From: Rhizodiscina lignyota
Taxonomy: Eukaryota
DNA length: 64,000 bases
Assembly (NCBI GenBank): GCA_010015805.1
Contig: ML978129.1
Span: forward strand, 372,001-436,000
Direction of reading: 5' to 3'
In this document: one piece after another, positions 1 through 11,950 of the stretch
How positions within the stretch are numbered: the first letter of the stretch is position 1
How the letters are laid out: each line of letters starts with the position of its first letter
Position numbers and translations under genes: made by a program
The notes under the pieces: generated by a model
Told to the model about the DNA's origin: nothing
Databases searched by the model: none
The model's input: only the letters and a program-made list of their open reading frames with translations

Positions 1-181
1 CGACACATTTGTCAAGCGAGCTACTCTTTGAATGGCTCTCACGGATATGGGTGCCGGTTTTCTGCTCGAATCAGTGTGTAGCGTGTCGTATCATTCACGT
101 CATTTACTCGGTATCAAATTTCGGGACGAATTGTCTCTGCATTTGCATCTGAAGGTTTTGATAGCTCTGACCGAGCTTGAC

Positions 182-2505
182 CTAGCTCTCCTTCCCTAAT
201 CGTGCCAGCTCCCCTGTAACAAAGTCCTCTGCGTTCATCAGCTCTGTACTTCCGTACACTATACGTCGTTTGGCCGTCACAGAGGGCGCTCCTGAACTAG
301 CAGCGCTGGTCCTCTTTGCCCATTCCTGAAGATTGCCATACTCATCCATGCTACCACCTCCGACAGTAAACACTATCGCTTCACTAAAACCTTGACGCCT
401 CTGTCCAAAGCTTGCTTCAATGCCACGTCCGACATTGCCTAAGCTTCCGGGCATATTGCTCTGCTGATTTCTGACTTGGGCGGACTGCGGCATGGTACCT
501 CGAGCATTCGCAGAGCGAGGATCAAAATAAAGGTAGCTTTCTGTCTTTGCAATCGCAGACGAGGACGCATTCTGGGGATCCATGAGAGATTCAGTGATCT
601 TGGTGAGAGTGAAGTCCTTGTTGGCGGGTAGAAAGTTCTTTACTCCTGAGATGAGGTTTTCAAAGTTAGCCCCGAGGCCAGCATCTTTGAATCGATCCGT
701 TAGCCTCGATGATATGGAGCTGAAGCCTCGGAAGAGCTCATTTGATGCTGATGGCTGAGAGACCTGTGTTGGCGCTGAGGACATCATGGTCATTCGTGTA
801 ATTTCACGAACGCTATCCTTATTAGCCGACTATTTAATGCCATGTCAAAACGAGACTTACCGCTTGACGTAGGACAGCGCTGTAGTCTCGACTCCAGCTG
901 TCCGTAATGCCTCCTCAAATCGATCCATGTCTTGCCTCGTGACCTCTTGCTCCGTGCTGAGGTACCAGATGATAAACAGTCTTAGTTTATCGAGCGGCTC
1001 CTTGCCATTGTCATTCCCATTGATTAGCTCGAGGATTTGCTGCTTCGTTTGCTTGGTAATGTTCTCTTCCAATTGGAAGAAATTGTCCAACTGCCTGTCC
1101 TTGATACCTTTCAAGAGAGCCGTTGCAATGTTCATGTGCATATCCAAAACTTTCTTTCTTTCTCTCAACTCCGGCAGAAGGGTCATCGCTGTCTTCAGAT
1201 GCGCTGTTGGCTGACTCATCTCGTTTTGTAAGTCTTCTATTGATGAAGCACCTGTTCTGCGCGTCACATCATTTGCGTCATCCTTGTAGCGTGTCAACTC
1301 GGTATCAATATCTTCTGCAACCTGTGGGAACGGCACGCCAGCATTCCGATTCCAGAAGAAGTCGTTCGCATCGAGGCTGTAGTCGCGCTTTGTAAGACCT
1401 TTTGATGGGTTCTCTTCATCTATTGGTGTTTCTAGCGTGATTCGGTTCAGGTGCATCTTCAGCACGTCTTTCACAAGTGACTGATAGGTCCAGGAATGAG
1501 AGAGCATGGGTATTAGGTCAACGTTTCGATCAATGATGATGAGAACAGGTCTTTGGGTGGTCGATGGTACCGTGGTATTTTTGGCACTGGAGAAAAGGTT
1601 ATCTTTCGAGTTGAGAATATGATCGCGCAGCTTCCGGTCGAGTTTTGCGGCGATCATCTCAGCGGCAGCACCTTTGGGGCAGCGAATGATAGGGATTGTG
1701 CCTGTCCTGGTCAGCCACGTAACCCATGCGGAGAGGAAACCACGTATACACACCCATCGTGACCACGACACTGAAAAGCCCGCTGACAATGCGGTCCACC
1801 GTAACGTCCAATTCCTCGTCGGTTGTCTGCGCACTGTTCATAGCCCAATACGTCTCCTTTCCCATTCCCAGACTAAACAGGTCCGGCTCGCTCACGATGA
1901 AGTTCAGATACTGATCATATAACTGTGCAATATGTTCTGCGGTGCCATTTGTCGCCGTTTGCGTGGCAAACTCTTCGAGAAGCGGTCGGGGTATGGAAGT
2001 TATAAAGTTGATATAAGCTGGAGAGTACAGATTTCGCGCGAGGTCGGAGCTGATGATCTGAAGGTTCGCAGGTGAGGGTTCTACAAGGTATATGACGGGT
2101 ACATCGGGTATCATATGGCGCGTTGTGTTGATGTTGCTGCGCAGCATTGTTAGCATCTTATGAAATATGGCTGTCAAGGACCTGGACATACAGGTGGATG
2201 GTGACGCCGCTGGCACGGAGGTCGCTAACCCGAAGCACCGTACTAATAACATCTCTTCCCAAGTTATCAAAGACCAGCACTTTCCATATTGGTTGCCCCT
2301 CTGCGTTCGTGATGGGACTGTTGTGGGGAATAACTCCAGTGCTGACACCATCTTGCTCGTCTGAAGTCGGCGCGGGGTCGTGGTTCAGGTTGAGGATCTT
2401 TTGTATGGAGGCTGCGATCAGGAATGTGAGCAAAGCTGCAATTCAGTGGATGCGACTGGCATTACCTATTTGGCGGTCACGTAATGTTTGGTGATGCGAC
2501 GCCAT
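182..2505 (-). CDS. SLY1: Sec1/Munc18 (SM) family protein Sly1, ER-Golgi vesicle fusion; multi-exon
   Basis: ORF pieces 182-793, 857-1834, 1659-2351 and 2158-2433 join across GT-AG introns. Motifs: WKVLVFDNLGRDVISTVLRVSDLRASGVTIH, RPVLIIIDRNVDLIPMLSHSWTYQSL, VFTVGGGSMDEYGNLQEW, IVYGSTELMN. The first exon reads MASHHQTLRDRQI (ATG at 2505; an in-frame upstream ATG at 2523 is possible). Confidence 0.95.
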
Positions 2506-3549
2506 GGCAGATGTTGAGGCCATTCGCCGCTGAAAGCAATTATTACCTCATCCGTCGATAGCCAGATTTGGAGGCCTTCTCGAAAGTATTAGAGCGGGAA
2601 TTTTGATATGGGCGAAAGGGAGCGCGTTACGTGTTTCGAGGGTGCCAAATTATCCACTTGTCCAAAGCATTCGAAAGCTCGAAAGCTGATCGCTTTGGGT
2701 CTAGCGCAGAATCACACAGTCACGTGCGTATCTTGGCGCTGCCAGGATAAAGTGCAGCTTCGAACTCACTTTCTTGCAACCTCCTTTCATCTCCCCCAAC
2801 CTCACACCACCTCAAGCACACCAGTTTCCCTTCTTCTTGACGCGCAAACGCCACAGTGACGTTCCCTTTTGATAGAGAATTTCTTTGCTTGCCAATTTTG
2901 AAGCAGGCAGCTGATGAACGACATCTAAGTCGGGCGTCAGTTGTGGAGGAGGAGAGCGCGTTCGGTCGGCCGGTCGGGGTGCAAGTGCCAGAGTATTGGA
3001 AAGTGACTTCTCACACGAAGCAAGCAAACACCAAGCTGCCAGTGAGCAATAAGCCTCAAAGGACGCACTTAAAGGTCATTTGAAAAGGCATTGCACTCGC
3101 GAGTCTCAAATCTCTCATTCACGCAGCTGAAGACCGCGTCTTGAGCGCGGGCTGGCACCGGTGTGGTGGCGACTTGTGACGACAGCTTTCATATCACAAC
3201 ACGGCAACACCGCAGTTCACGCAATAAAGCGACGACGCCACTGAAAACAACAGTCTGCCAGTCGAGAGAGCGCTGTCCGAAACAGCGAGTTCGTGCCACG
3301 GACAAATCCATACAATTGGTTCAAAGCTCCCAACGTCATCCTCCGCAACTTGGGCACACTGTAACGAGGGACTTATCTGCCTGGTGCAGCGCCGAAAAGG
3401 GTATAGTGCGGCCGTCAAAACAGGTTAAGCGCGCTTGCGCATAACAGCGCTACCGGGATAGTGCGGCGCGTGGGACTGCCGAACCTCCCCACTCGCAGCG
3501 TCAGCCGTTTGCCCAACACAATTCGCACTGCCGCCCCGCGGATCTGAGA

Positions 3550-6500
3550 ATGGCGTCTCCACGTCACATGAACGTTGATCGCCCGCAGCAGGCAAATGGC
3601 AATTTGTACGCAGACGGCGGTGAAGGCTACGCCTATGGCTCCATGTTCTCCGCCACTGCTCCTGGCCAGGCGTACGAGCAGACTTGGAGTCCACTTGACC
3701 CCAGTCTGGCTGCAGTAAATGCGCACGACGCTGCGCCCTTCCCGCAAAGCTGGCATCACAGTTCACAACCCCAGCAACAACCACCACCTCGCCCTCAGAT
3801 ACCTTTCAGTGCGAATAATAATTTCTACGGCGCCTCGTTTGCGTCAAGCTCTGCAGGCTTTCCAAATTCAAGCTACGCGTTCGCCGGCCATGCGAACAAT
3901 TTCAATGCATTCAGCAACGCCGCCCTTGACCCGTCGTTGGTCACTCCTACAACAACTGCACATAATGGTAGCTTCGCGTCAGCCTCTCCCTTCTATCCCA
4001 CATCCGCCAATCAGGCTACGGTCGCTCCTGCAGCTTTGCATGATCATGTACCCAGCAAGACTCCAACACCCGTCTACAACGTAAGTAGCATTCATCATGA
4101 AGATGAATCCGCATTTGATCGCTGACTGCTGCAACAGACATCTAATCGGCCTGCTCTGCCAATTCACGGCCGAGTTGGATCTGGTGTGTCACCAATGGGC
4201 CAATCCGTGTTCTCTGCTGTGCTGCCAAAGGGAGTTGGCAACGGCCGCTTCCTCATGATAGATGGTGATGAATTAGCAAAAGTAACCAAATCTACCAAGC
4301 TGAGCAACTTTGTCAATATTGGCGTCGATGAACAAGAATACGCCATCCAAAGAAGTGAGAGAGACCAGTGCCGTGACTACATAATGAAAATGCTAAGTGA
4401 TCCACCAGTTGCCAAAGTTGCAAGTCTACCGCCGAGAAAGTCACGCAATGAAATCAAGAAGCTTGCAGAAGGCGATCCGAAGATCCTTGGTATGTGCGCA
4501 GCGGTACTTTCGTGTCTGCATTTAACGCTAATAATATCCCCCAGCCAAGCTTTCCAAGAGACAGTCGAAGACTTCGAAGACTAAGGCGCCTAAAATTCCT
4601 CGACCAAGGCTTCCCTTCGGCCGCACGGATTCCAAAGATGTCTCAACACCCTCTTCTATTGAAACATCCTCTTCGGAGGAGGATTCTGACTACAGCTCAT
4701 CTGACGATGATCTCGATATTATCGAGACTCCGCCACTTCCCGAATCAAGGCCACAGGGCGCATTTGATGCAGTCAAGTACGATACTATCAAGGCAGTTTG
4801 GCTTGCTAGAAAACTCCGTCCAACTGCGGATCAGATACGAATCGGCCTAAAGGACCTCTGGGAGGTTCTGAGGACGCTCCGTGACCGCTGGAAGTCCGAT
4901 GGCGACGCGTTGAAAGTCGCAACAGAGGCGAAGAAGCACAGCGAATTGCCCATGCTTCGAGAACGCGTGAAAAGTCAGAGGGACATGCTTCAGGTTGCTC
5001 TAGCAGCACTATTAGAGCATGGAAACCCAGAACTTCTCGCTCTGTGAGTACACCATCACGTTCCCCCTTCCAAATTTGCTGCACGTGTTCTGCACGCCGT
5101 TCATTTACTTGCACCGGTGAACGTGTTCTTTACGAGAGCCTGAGTCCCAGATCCACCTTGCTTGAGTGATTGCTTAGTCTATGGGGCATCCTCTTGAATG
5201 GCCGTGATGAAGCATTCGAGACCAGCGATAATTGGCATAAGCCACACATTGCGCTGCTCAACAAGTGAGAGAGCACTGGGGCATGTCGCGGCGTTTAAGG
5301 CGCTGCGACAGAATGATGCGCCCGTGACTCACAAAGATTACTTGTGCCCGCTTGAAACATTGTTTTTGATGAACACCACGAATAGTTTTTAATTGATAAA
5401 GTGCATTGCTGATGATGTTCCAGAGTGGGCGAGATCCGACCTTTCCTCCAACTGTGCCGTCTTTTCTTTTCAGATCGTGTCAGAGACAACGATGTTGATG
5501 GTCAACTTACAAAGTTGATGCTGGAGGTTCGTTATTCTCCCTGGCTAGATTAATCATGATGAATCCACCCACTAATAAATGTCCGTAGCTCCTTCGCGGA
5601 TGCACAACAATCACGACCGAGCTCTTAGATGAGTACAATCTCAAGAAAATCCTTACGATGTACACGAAGCGGGGAAACGATGCTACCAAAAAGTTGGTGA
5701 AAGAAGTTGAAGACAAGGCAGCTGCAAATTCGAAAGCTCAGGCTGAGAAGTCTAAACTGGAGAAACCTGCTGCTGACGGAAAAGAGAAAGATGTCAAAGC
5801 CAAGTCCACAACATCGACTACCCCTCGCACCTCAACTCCGGATTCTATTAGTGTTGTCAAGAAATCTCTGGGAGACCCTACGGCCAAGCGAAGCGCCTCA
5901 ACTGGCCCCAGCTCTGTCAAGCCTTCTCCAACGCTACAGAAGCGTTCGCCATCCACTGTCGTAGATAAGACTGCAACCACGGGTACTGGTGCTGCAGCTG
6001 CGAAACCTAAGGTGCAACCAGCAGCCAAAGTCCCTAGTATGTACTCTGGTCTTCAATCCGCCGGTAAGAAGTCGACTGCTACTCCTGCTACAGCCAGTAA
6101 GAAGATCACAACGCCAGCAACCGAAAAGAAGGCTGCTCCTCCAGCGGCTTCGATGGTCGCTAAGTCAACTTCCACCTTCTCATTCAGTGACTACATGCGT
6201 GATCTGAATAAGCCCAAGGAGCCGGAGCGACCCAAAAAGGATCAGGAAGAAGAGCGTCCGCCTGAAACAGAAGAGCAGAGGGCGAAGCGCCTACGCAAGG
6301 AGTCTCGTCGCAAACTCCGCGTCAGCTTCAAAGAGGGCCCTGCCCTGGTTCAAGTTCGGTATTTCCACCACGAAGTAGAAGAAGACAGTGGCCGCGATGC
6401 AAATATGGTCCTCAATGCTGGAGATGTCGGAGACGAAGGACGCATGTTCAAGCAACATAAAGAAATGGAATACGATGAAGACGAAGAAATGGCAGATGCT

Positions 6501-7538
6501 GATGATGACCGTCTCCTCGAGTTCAAGTCGCCTACGCTTATCGACTTCAGCACCGTCGAGGTGGAGGAGAGGAACCGAAACTACGCTCCGTATGGTGGCG
6601 GTCAGAACATCCCAGATTCTCCCGAGAAAGCTGTGCAAGAGAAGCACGAATCTGACACCTTAATCCAAGTCTACGTCAATAGGGCTGATATTCCAGCTGA
6701 TCCGCGCGAACCGGCTAATCCATATTCGGGAGAAACGATGCCTGTAAGGGAGTTTGGTGTGCCTCCACAGAACATCCTTGATCGGGCTGCAGCTTTTCAG
6801 CCACATCAAGCGGCCGCATCTGCTGAATCAGCTTCAACTGTCGATATCTCTGCAATTCTCAGTGCATTTGGTAAGCCAACACAGCAGCCTAGTCAACCTC
6901 AGCAGGTTGCACAACCAGCACAAAATGGCTTTGAAAACTTGCAGAACATCTTTGCCCAATACTCCACACCCAATCAACCCGTTCCGCAGCCACAGCCAGA
7001 ACCTCAGATTGCGCAACATGTCTCTACTACTCCAGATCTCACTTCAATTCTAGCATCTTTGCAAGCCCATGGCTCCACACCTCAACCTCAACAGGCGCCA
7101 ACTCCGCAACCTCCACAGATGCCACAGATGCCACGGATCCCGCAGATCCCAAATGTATTCCCTCCTGCAGGACAAGCCCCCGACTTCAACGCGATGATGG
7201 CCATCTTCGCCCAGGCCGGAATGCCTCCGCCGACCATGCCTGGCTTTGCGCCACAGATGATGCAGCAAGGTTCAAACGACGGACATTATGAGCACCCAGA
7301 GCGCAAGCGCATGCGAGAGAATGGTGAAGATGGTGAAGACGGTGATAGAGGATACCCTCAAAAGAAGAAATTCGGTGGAAAGAAGAAGACTTTTGGCGAG
7401 GTTGGTCATTCTCATTCGGCCGAACTTTTTGCACCCGCTAACATTATTCTGTAGAAACCAAAGTATGTCGTCGCGTGCAAGTTCTATAAGGAGGGGAACT
7501 GCCGCAAGGGTGCTGACTGCACTTTCGTGCATGAGTGA
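3550..7538 (+). CDS. PNUTS/Ppn1-like PP1 regulatory protein (TFIIS-N-like region, RVxF motif, C-terminal CCCH zinc finger); multi-exon
   Basis: Exons join ORFs 3550-4125, 4186-4584 and 5658-7454. RVSF PP1-docking motif in RRKLRVSFKEGPALVQVRYF (6318-6329). The terminal exon after the AG at 7454 reads KPKYVVACKFYKEGNCRKGADCTFVHE* (C-x7-C-x5-C-x3-H). The helical segment LLRGCTTITTELLDEYNLKKILTMYTKRG resembles a TFIIS N-terminal domain. Confidence 0.75.
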
Positions 7539-7988
7539 GATACATCCCCTCGACCTGGGGATAGGAGTCGGAGATGAATATTCCGGCCATTGCTTTCAAC
7601 TTGCTTCATAGCGTCGGCGCCGATACCTGCAAAATTCCGAATCATTTTCTTTTCATCACGATTCGAACACTGTATCATATTCGTGCCAGTTTCAGACGGA
7701 CTGGTATATGGCGACATGCGCACTTCAGATGGAGGGATGTCTCCACAAGCGAAGTGCATCTCAGAAATGAGTGGCAGACTCAGGTTCTGTTTTAGCTAAG
7801 AAGCGATTCACTCTGAATACTCAAATCTGCATATATTACATTAAACCGTACCACTACCAACCATTCTCGTACCCTTAGAGCTTAGCTAGTAGTGATCCGT
7901 GATCTCACAGAACTCATCGCCCCGGTACACTGTTTTGTACTTGGCTACCTCAACCAATCATCAAATGGGTATTAAAAAGCCAACTTGT

Positions 7989-9083
7989 CTATTTAATGTT
8001 CTTTGCCAAATCGACAACTTCTGGCATGTCTTTGCTCAGTGATGTCAAAATGTCATGCCATACCTTGTCAATCAGCTCTCTACCCTTTTCGCCGCTTATT
8101 TCAGCAGCATCCCTGAAGCACTCAGTAGCTGTTTCTTACGTCGGAGAAAATTAATCAACTTACGGCTGTACTGCATCGTGTCGCCAGAATTTCCCCTGCC
8201 CTTTCTCGCCCAACGTCGCCCCACTCACGAAGATCCGTGATCCCGCCTCGGTGGATCTCATGCAAACAAATTCGACCATGCTCTTTAAGACATATCTGAA
8301 GGGATTGGACGAGAACTCGCGACCGATTCCGGATTTGACGTAGCCTGGACACGATGCAGTGACAATGAGTGATGAGGACTGGTTCTCGTGCTGCACTGAA
8401 GCAGCTATCCTCTTCATGGCGCACATGATGAATAGCTTTGATGCAGCATATTGATCCGCGCCTTCGTCGAGGAATGCGTTTTCGCCAAATGCTTTCTTCG
8501 AACTGTACGACTCGATGATGTTTGCAGCTTCCCGGTGCGCCGGCTTGACTTTGAGGCCTCTGTGCAATCCGGACGTTATGAATTGTAAACTGGAAGGGCT
8601 CGACGGGTCTGGATTTTCTTGGAGCTTGGGAAGTAAGAGCAGCGCAAGCAGCACATTGGATAGCGTGTTGACTTGGATGGTCTCTTCCCAGCCGTATTTC
8701 GACACCACATACGAGAACTTCCTCACTCCAGCGTTCAAGATCGCAACATCAAGGCGCTGAAGATCCTTGGAGGCACGAGCGGCGAATGATTTGATACTGT
8801 CATAAGAGTCCAAGTCAAGCTGCCAGACCTCCACCACTGGCACCACACCGGTCCGCTTCGAAACGTTCTCGATCGTCTCCTTGGCCGCGTTTCCCTTCTC
8901 TAGGTTGCGGACGCCAGCAATGATTTTCGAAGCACCAAGCTTTGCGAACTTGATACATGCCTGTAGTCCGATGCCGCTATTCGCTCCCGTGATTAGTATC
9001 GTCTTGCCCGAAAAGCTTGTAGTTGGATCCGCTGGCAATTTGATCCACTTGTCGTAGATGTAGTGTATCGTTCCGTCACTCAT
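7989..9083 (-). CDS. Short-chain dehydrogenase/reductase (retinol-DH/WWOX-like)
   Basis: TGANSGIG Rossmann motif, LNAG, and YAASK (YxxxK). One intron after ...HDAVQP (GTAAGT...CAG), then a final exon PDAAEISGEKGRELIDKVWHDIL...NIK*. Confidence 0.9.
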
Positions 9084-10572
9084 CTTGGATTGGGAAGTGA
9101 AGAGTTCTGTAGACAGCCTTGGAAGGAAAGAATCACAAAAGGATCAGTAGCAAATAAATCAAAGCAGTTGCGGCCGCCGCTGACACGAGCTCTGTAACCA
9201 AAATTCGGACAAACCGGGTGTAGTGCAATTCCGCTCCTCTTCCCTCCTGGAGTCACGGAGAAGCGCTGTAAGCCGTTGAACCACTAGAGTAATCAAGTAG
9301 AGAGTAAAAGCGAGACTGGCTTTATCCGACGAGTGTCAGACGATGAGAATACATTATAAGGCAATTTGCTTTGGAGCTGATTGAAAACAAAATAGACGAA
9401 GACATGGGAATTTGAAAGCATGGACTAGAAATATAGTCCGTTCCACACCGTTACCCCTTTGGATGTCGAGCTGATGTTTTGGACTCCAGATAGGGATCTC
9501 GCTTTGAGCGAGTCATGGATTCGTCAGCCCAAGTGGAGCAGCTTCTAGCATTCGAGCAGTCTTAGAGTAGAACATGAACCCCATATTGACTACATAACTA
9601 AAGAAGTTGTCAAGTCTCGGTCGAGAGTAAGAATGTATATCGGAACCGCTCTGTGTAACCCATTTCTGCACTACGCCATTTCGGGCATAGTGTAGATACT
9701 CAACCACATTCTTACACGATCTCACGCGTCTCTTTCTTCTATACCTCTCTCTTCCGTCCCCTCCGCACGGTATGCGGACGCATCTAAATTTAATCTCCGC
9801 TGGTTAAATCTAAGAGGATTTTGTCTGACTGCTGCCATTCTGCTTCCATTAGGAGTTCTTTGCGTATCGTAAATGGGCGACTTTTACGGGACGAACAAAA
9901 GCACTTCTGAAGCCACGGACTGAAGAAATTGCCGATCAGCTGCAGAGGTGATTCACCCAAATATGCCTTGGCAGATTTCTCGTCTCATTGGTCTATGGCG
10001 TTAAGGAGGCACGGGAGGTCGAAGTTTGCTCTCTTTCGTAAGGTTCAGGGCAAGGCTGACTGTACAGCACCGCCACCACCCCAGCTGAAGCCATGAGGAA
10101 AATCCTTCCCGAATTGGTATCCACAGAAGCTCTTATGCTCTTGAAACTCTTCCCATCATGCTCATAAGTCACTCATGCTAACTTGCAAGAGATCGGAACC
10201 CGGCAGGCTGCCCGAATCTCGCCGTCGCTCAGGCTAGCTTAGTATCATGAGATTGCCGCCTTTGTGGTTGTAGGAGCATGCTACTAGGAGATACCCGAGA
10301 AATACGGGTATACCTTGAGCTCTGGGCAGGGCACAGCACAACGGTTGGACGATGTGTCCGTGGGTTGGCGACATTCGCCGCCGGTATAGCAGTCTGCCTC
10401 GTGGTCCAAAAAGTCTCATTCCTCTTTATCCCATGGCAATGTTGTGGTGGCCTTGGGTGTATATAATATTCAAGGCAAGAGCAGCTTTCTCGCAGTTCCA
10501 ATCACGCGACAGTCTTCTCCACAAAACCCTAATCGTTTCCTCTTTCAAAGTCATCTCGTTTCCTCTTTCATC

Positions 10573-11403
10573 ATGGACCCTCCGCCGTATTCAGGCGTCG
10601 ATATGAAGGAGCTGGAGAAAGAGCCAAAACCGGACTACACAGAGTACCCAGAGGAGGCTCACGCCAACCAAGGAATGATCGCAGAAAGCTCATCCAGCAT
10701 GTCTCCAAAAGGGCCCAAGCTCGCAGACCTTTTTGTCGACTCTAGCAAGCCCCTAGCACCAAACCGCGTCTTCTGGGTTCCTTGGTTCACACTTTTCGGT
10801 AAAACCATCGAAGTCTTCGATATGACTGCCCATATGCAGGGCCACTGGCAAGGTGCTGTTAACAAAGAGTATCGCGAGCTCTGTAAAGCGATGTACGAGA
10901 AGTACAAGACAAGTGAGCAACCATGCTACGTCACCCAAGCGCGGGATACTCTCCGGCACCACTACCGCTTTTGCAATGCAAGTGGCGATGAGCTGGTCGA
11001 ATGGGACCATGGTTGGCATTCACTGAGGGATGTTCATCTCATGTTCCCGAAGGACTCGAAGCATTCTTCTCATCAAGTCGATGTCATCAAGGCGAACAAG
11101 GTGTTCACGCGCGACCGCGTCTTCACCGTCAACGGCACGATGTTCTCAGTTGAGATGGACCACACGTGGCGGAACAATCAGTTCACACTGTACAAAATTG
11201 TGGGAAACCAGAAGGTTGTAGTAGGACGGTATGGCATGAAGTTCGGCGGGGCGTGGTTTGTCGGAGGCACTTTCGCTCTCGACAGCACGCAGGTGGATGA
11301 GCCGATCGCTATCCTAGCTTGCTTGATCATAATCAAGCAGAACAAGCAGCGAGCAGCAGAGAGAAGCGGCGGCGGCGGCGGAGGTGGTGGCGGTGGTGCA
11401 TAA
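10573..11403 (+). CDS. Hypothetical protein, possibly LURP-one/tubby-like beta-barrel, with a poly-Gly tail
   Basis: Intronless ORF from the ATG at 10573 (MDPPPYS). Beta-rich alternating pattern ending in a hydrophobic helix (EPIAILACLIIIKQ), as in tubby/LURP folds. The fold call is inference. Confidence 0.6.
   Translation: MDPPPYSGVDMKELEKEPKPDYTEYPEEAHANQGMIAESSSSMSPKGPKLADLFVDSSKPLAPNRVFWVPWFTLFGKTIEVFDMTAHMQGHWQGAVNKEYRELCKAMYEKYKTSEQPCYVTQARDTLRHHYRFCNASGDELVEWDHGWHSLRDVHLMFPKDSKHSSHQVDVIKANKVFTRDRVFTVNGTMFSVEMDHTWRNNQFTLYKIVGNQKVVVGRYGMKFGGAWFVGGTFALDSTQVDEPIAILACLIIIKQNKQRAAERSGGGGGGGGGGA
11368..11397 (+). repeat. GGN trinucleotide tract encoding Gly10 just before the stop
   Basis: ggc ggc ggc ggc gga ggt ggt ggc ggt ggt, followed by gca taa. 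Confidence 0.9.
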
Positions 11404-11950
11404 GTTCTTCCATGTTCTCTGCGAGCAGTATGGCTTTGAACTCCTTGTCTCGTCTTTGTTTGATACTTTTAATAGTAGCTCCCACCAAGCAGCCTGGACA
11501 TTTTGTCGCAATACTACACTCAGATGTGCTTTCCACAAAAGACATCTAAAGCCATCAATTCAAGGAACTTTATGGACATCTTAGAGAGCATGTTGACTCG
11601 TGTAAAGTTTTGCTTCCCCAGGCCACAACTGGTACATGAGTCATGCGCGATAATTCCACAGCATGTTGCTCACCCTCCCCTTCTCCGTACTAAGTACGCT
11701 CAATTATCACGAACGCTTCGAGATACAACTATCTACCATATATCATCAATACCGGAGTGATATCCAGGTCGCCACCTACGGCTCCGGTGGTACTCGACAT
11801 CGGCATGCGGCTCCTTAGATCCTCTTCTTCCAAATCCCTTGTCATCGGCACGCCCTTCCGCGGCCGCACTTGCGACACAGTAAAGATTAGCGGGGCACTT
11901 CGTGCCTCGATTTCAACAAATTCCAGCGAGCTTCCCAATTGAGCTCTTAG

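Noticed and set aside
5204..5412. Simple box C/D snoRNA (GTGATGA...CTGA) in the PNUTS-like intron
   Set aside because: The CTGA coincides with the branch site, there is no terminal stem, and no rRNA antisense element was recognised. The intron is retained as an unclassified structured candidate.
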